Assembly: GCF_006345805.1 (NCBI RefSeq)
Contig: NW_021823739.1
Span: 1 to 21,567 of the forward strand
DNA length: 21,567 bases
DNA from: Octopus sinensis
Taxonomy: Eukaryota
Direction: 5' to 3'
Shown: positions 18,439 through 21,567 of the stretch, one piece after another
How the letters are laid out: the number at the start of each line of letters is the position of its first letter
Position numbering within the stretch: position 1 is the stretch's first letter
Notes under the pieces: model-generated
The model's input: the letters and a program-made list of their open reading frames with translations, nothing else
Told to the model about the DNA's origin: nothing
Databases searched by the model: none
Program-made: the position numbers and the translations under genes

Positions 18439-18945
18439 AAGGCGCATGACTTAGTGGTTAGAACGCCAGGCTCACAATCATGAGATAGTAAGTTTGATTT
18501 CCAGAGCAGGCGCAGGAGTGGCTGTGTGGTAAGTAGCTTGTTTACCAACCACATGGTTTTGGGTTCAGTCCCACTGCGTGGCGCCTTGGGCAAGTGTCTT
18601 CTACTATAGCTTCTGGCTGACCAAAGCCTTGTAAGTGGATTTGGTAGACGGAAACTGAAAAGAAGCCTGTCATATGTGTGTGTATGTTTGTGTGTCTGTG
18701 TTTGTTCCCCCCAACATTGCTTGACAACCAATGCTAGTGAGTTTATGTCCCCGTAACTTAGCGGTTCGGCAAAATAGACCAATAGACTAAGTACTAGGCT
18801 TACAAAGAATAAGTCCTAGGGTCGATTTGCTCAACTAAAGGCGGTGCTCCAGCATGGCCACAGTCAAATGAAACAAGTAAAAGAATAAAAGAGCAAGACA
18901 CTTTATTTCACATTGTTCCAGTTACCTCAGCTGTAGAAATGTGCA
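18439..18945 (+). mobile_element. SINE family E fragment (head 18439-18508, CORE part 18896-18945) split by family A
   Basis: GGCGCATGACTTAGTGGTTAG head; GCAAGACACTTTATTTCACATTGTTCCAG continuation. Confidence 0.65.
18509..18889 (+). mobile_element. SINE family A, full length
   Basis: GGCGCAGGAGTGGCTGTGTGG...AAACAAGTAAAAGAATAAA; AGAGCA on both flanks. Confidence 0.9.
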
Positions 18946-18953
18946 GCAAAGGC

Positions 18954-19365
18954 GGATCTTTTTGGTTTGACCGGCAGTTTTTTCTAGCAGTGTCATATGA
19001 AATTGTCACCCATAATTATGACCCTAGTATCGATCTATTGCATTTCAATCTGTTTTAGGGTTAGGGGTGGGGGGAAGGGTATCTTTTTTTCTTCACAAAT
19101 GTAAATAAACCCAATCTGTTTCTTAAACGAGGGACATATTCATACGGCACTGAATGTTTTCACCTCAATAGACGTCATTGATTGGTTGAAGTTGCAAAAA
19201 TTGAAGAAAAAAAAACAACAAATATCTTACAAACTATAGAATTTTCTCAATAAAGCCAAGAGAAAAAGATGTTTTATAAACACATTCTAGCAGTATACGA
19301 AGTTTTAAATTTTTTAGTTACGTGGAAATTATTTTAAAAAACTGCCGTTCAAACAGAAAAGATCC
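18954..19365. mobile_element. 412-bp MITE with 30-bp TIRs and 8-bp TSD
   Basis: Left GGATCTTTTTGGTTTGACCGGCAGTTTTTT vs reverse complement of right GGATCTTTTCTGTTTGAACGGCAGTTTTTT (27/30); GCAAAGGC at 18946-18953 and 19366-19373. Confidence 0.88.
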
Positions 19366-19491
19366 GCAAAGGCACAGGTGCCAAGCTGTGTTGGTCTTTG
19401 GCTTGGATACCATTGATGGCATGTAGAGAGAAGGCTGGCATGCATTGGTAACTAACTGCTGGTCTATCATAAACAACCTTGCTCAGACTTG

Positions 19492-19835
19492 TCATCATCA
19501 TCATTGTTCGACTGTGGTCGAGACAATGGAATTTACCATGCTACGCCAGACTTCACGGTCCATCATGGCATTACGGAGGTCCTGTTGCTGGATGCCTGTA
19601 TCCCTGGAGATTACATCAGGGTAGGAGAGTGTGCGCCCTCTGGTATTGCAAGTAGATGGCTTCCAGGGGAGAAGAGTAGAAATTGCCTCGTTTTCAGCTC
19701 TACAACAATGTCCAGCAAACTGGTCTCTCCTACCTTTCACAAGAAATGACACAGGTGGTAGTTTCCCATATATTTGCATTTTGGTTGGATGACGCTTCCA
19801 CGAGAGATTTTGTGCCTTGGTGAGTAACTTTCTAA
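19492..19835 (-). mobile_element. 5'-truncated RTE/RTEX-clade LINE 3' end (ORF C-terminus plus (TGA)n tail)
   Basis: Open frame LLTKAQNLSWKRHPTKMQIYGKLPPVSFLVKGRRDQFAGHCCRAENEAISTLLPWKP...RGRTLSYPDVISRDTG...LRNAMMDREVWRSMV resembles the post-RT C-terminal region of RTE-type ORFs (ISW...LYG.LP, RR..FAGH, RGRP, AMEDR.GWR; recalled); the stop is the first TGA of the tail. Confidence 0.85.
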
Positions 19836-19869
19836 ATGCAATCCCATGACCAAAGGGGGTCTACATATA

Positions 19870-20105
19870 TTCTTTTATTCTTTTACTTGTTTCAGTCATT
19901 TGATTGCGGCCATGCTGGTGCACCACCTTTAGTCGAGCAACTCGACCCCAGGACCTATTCTTTGTAAGCCTAGTAATTAATCTATTGGTCGCTTTTGCCG
20001 AACTGTTAAGTTACGGGGACATAAACACATCAGCATCGGTTATCAAGCAATGTTGGGAGGACAAACACAGACACACAAACATATACACACATGTACATAT
20101 ACATA

Positions 20106-20147
<42 letters not shown>

Positions 20148-20320
20148 CGCCGGGCTCCTAAAGTTTCCATCTACCAAATCCATTGACAAGGCTTTGGTCG
20201 GCCCAAGGCTATAGTAGAAAACACTTGCCCAAGGTGCCACGCAGTGGGACTGAGCCCAGAACCATGTGGTTGAGAAGCAAGCTTCTAACCACATGCTTGC
20301 ACCTATGCACAGCCACACCT

Positions 20321-20321
<1 letters not shown>
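19870..20321 (-). mobile_element. SINE family A, inverted
   Basis: Reverse complement of family A with a small insertion near the head. Confidence 0.88.
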
Positions 20322-20396
<75 letters not shown>

Positions 20397-20408
20397 GTAA
20401 ATAGATAT
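20322..20408. repeat. (GATA)n microsatellite
   Basis: Direct reading. Confidence 0.9.
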
Positions 20409-20762
20409 GTTTCTTTATTAGCCACACAGGGCTGCACACAGACGGGACAGATTACAAGGTAGAGCTTTTCTTTTTGGGGGAGAAAAAAAAAAGTGGGGTA
20501 GGTTTTCGATCAAAAGGGATCGTAAAAAGGAAAAAAAAAACGATCAATAGGGATCGTGTATCACAGAAATGTCGTGATGTAAAGTGTAAAGGGGGAAACA
20601 GATAAGGTTTATCCGTGGAAAGAAAAGCCTACGGAAAAGACCACGGTAACCTCGGTCAATAATGTCACATGTGAACACATTTATTTGCAAGTAAGTCACT
20701 CTCTGTTTGGAATTTTTCCGGGTTCACAAGATTATGTTCAAGGTGGCTTCGTTATTCTGTCT
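20409..20762 (-). mobile_element. Probable 3' UTR and last codons of a LINE whose tail matches SINE B2
   Basis: Terminal 43 nt match the B2 tail at 35/43; the remaining ~310 bp is unrelated to B; minus frame ends RQNNEATLNIIL* (stop 20724-20726). Clade not determinable here. Confidence 0.55.
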
Positions 20763-20779
20763 TTCTTCTTTTCTTCTCT

Positions 20780-20893
20780 TTTCTATTTGTCTATCTCTCT
20801 GTCTATCTATCTACCTACCTACCTATCTATCTATCTATCTATCTATCCATCTATCTATCTATCTATCGATCTGTCTGCCTGTCTATCTATCTG

Positions 20894-20936
<43 letters not shown>

Positions 20937-21021
20937 CTATCTATCTATCTATCTATCTATCTCTATCTATCTATCTATCTATCTAGCTATCTCTATCTAT
21001 CTATCTATCTATCTAGCTATC

Positions 21022-21056
<35 letters not shown>

Positions 21057-21091
21057 CTATCTATCTATCTATCTATCTATCTCTATCTATC

Positions 21092-21140
<49 letters not shown>

Positions 21141-21231
21141 CTATCTATCTATCTATCTATCTATCTCTATCTATCTATCTATCTATCTATTATTATCTAT
21201 CTATCTATCTATCTATATATATATATATATA

Positions 21232-21262
<31 letters not shown>

Positions 21263-21510
21263 GTATATCTACCTATCTATCTATCTATCTATCTACCTAT
21301 CTTTACCTATCCCTTTATGCATTTATCAACTTACCTGTGAATCTGTTTAGCTACCTCCCCTACCTATCGCCATCTATCTATCTATCTACCTACCTGTCTA
21401 TTTATATATATTTATCTAGGTTTTTGTGACTTTCTTTTCTCTCTCTCTCTCTCTCACTCTTTTCTCTCTCTCTCTCTCTCACTCTTTTCTCTCTCTCTCT
21501 CTCTCTCTCC
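20780..21510. repeat. (TCTA)n array with TCTCTA variants, followed by (TC)n
   Basis: Direct reading. Confidence 0.9.
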
Positions 21511-21567
21511 CCCCTTCATGCTTGCTCTGTAACTCCTCATCTCTTTTATGCCATACCTTCTTGCTTT

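Noticed and set aside
19052-19067. Interstitial telomere
   Set aside because: Only about two TTAGGG-like units, internal to a MITE.
20685-21429. 221- and 240-aa ORFs of (LSIY)n
   Set aside because: (TCTA)n microsatellite translations; the same applies to 15103-15474 and 16079-16683.

Overview
21.6 kb of AT-rich, repeat-saturated eukaryotic DNA. The SINE families resemble, from memory and unverified, those of octopus/coleoid cephalopods. The only convincing host coding sequence is a 146-nt first coding exon on the minus strand (12790-12645). It encodes an N-terminal F-box motif, is too short for the ORF track, and has a CpG-rich region just upstream. The rest is mostly: four interspersed retroelement-like families given working labels A, B (3' variants B1/B2), C and E, many nested or stacked; a 5'-truncated RTE-clade LINE 3' end; a probable LINE 3' UTR sharing its tail with SINE B2; a MITE with 30-bp TIRs and an 8-bp TSD; a ~139-bp tandem array with ABAB higher-order structure; a precise head-to-tail SINE multimer; and large micro/minisatellites. 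Nearly all long ORFs in the track are microsatellite or SINE artefacts. No rRNA, intact tRNA gene or CRISPR array is supported.
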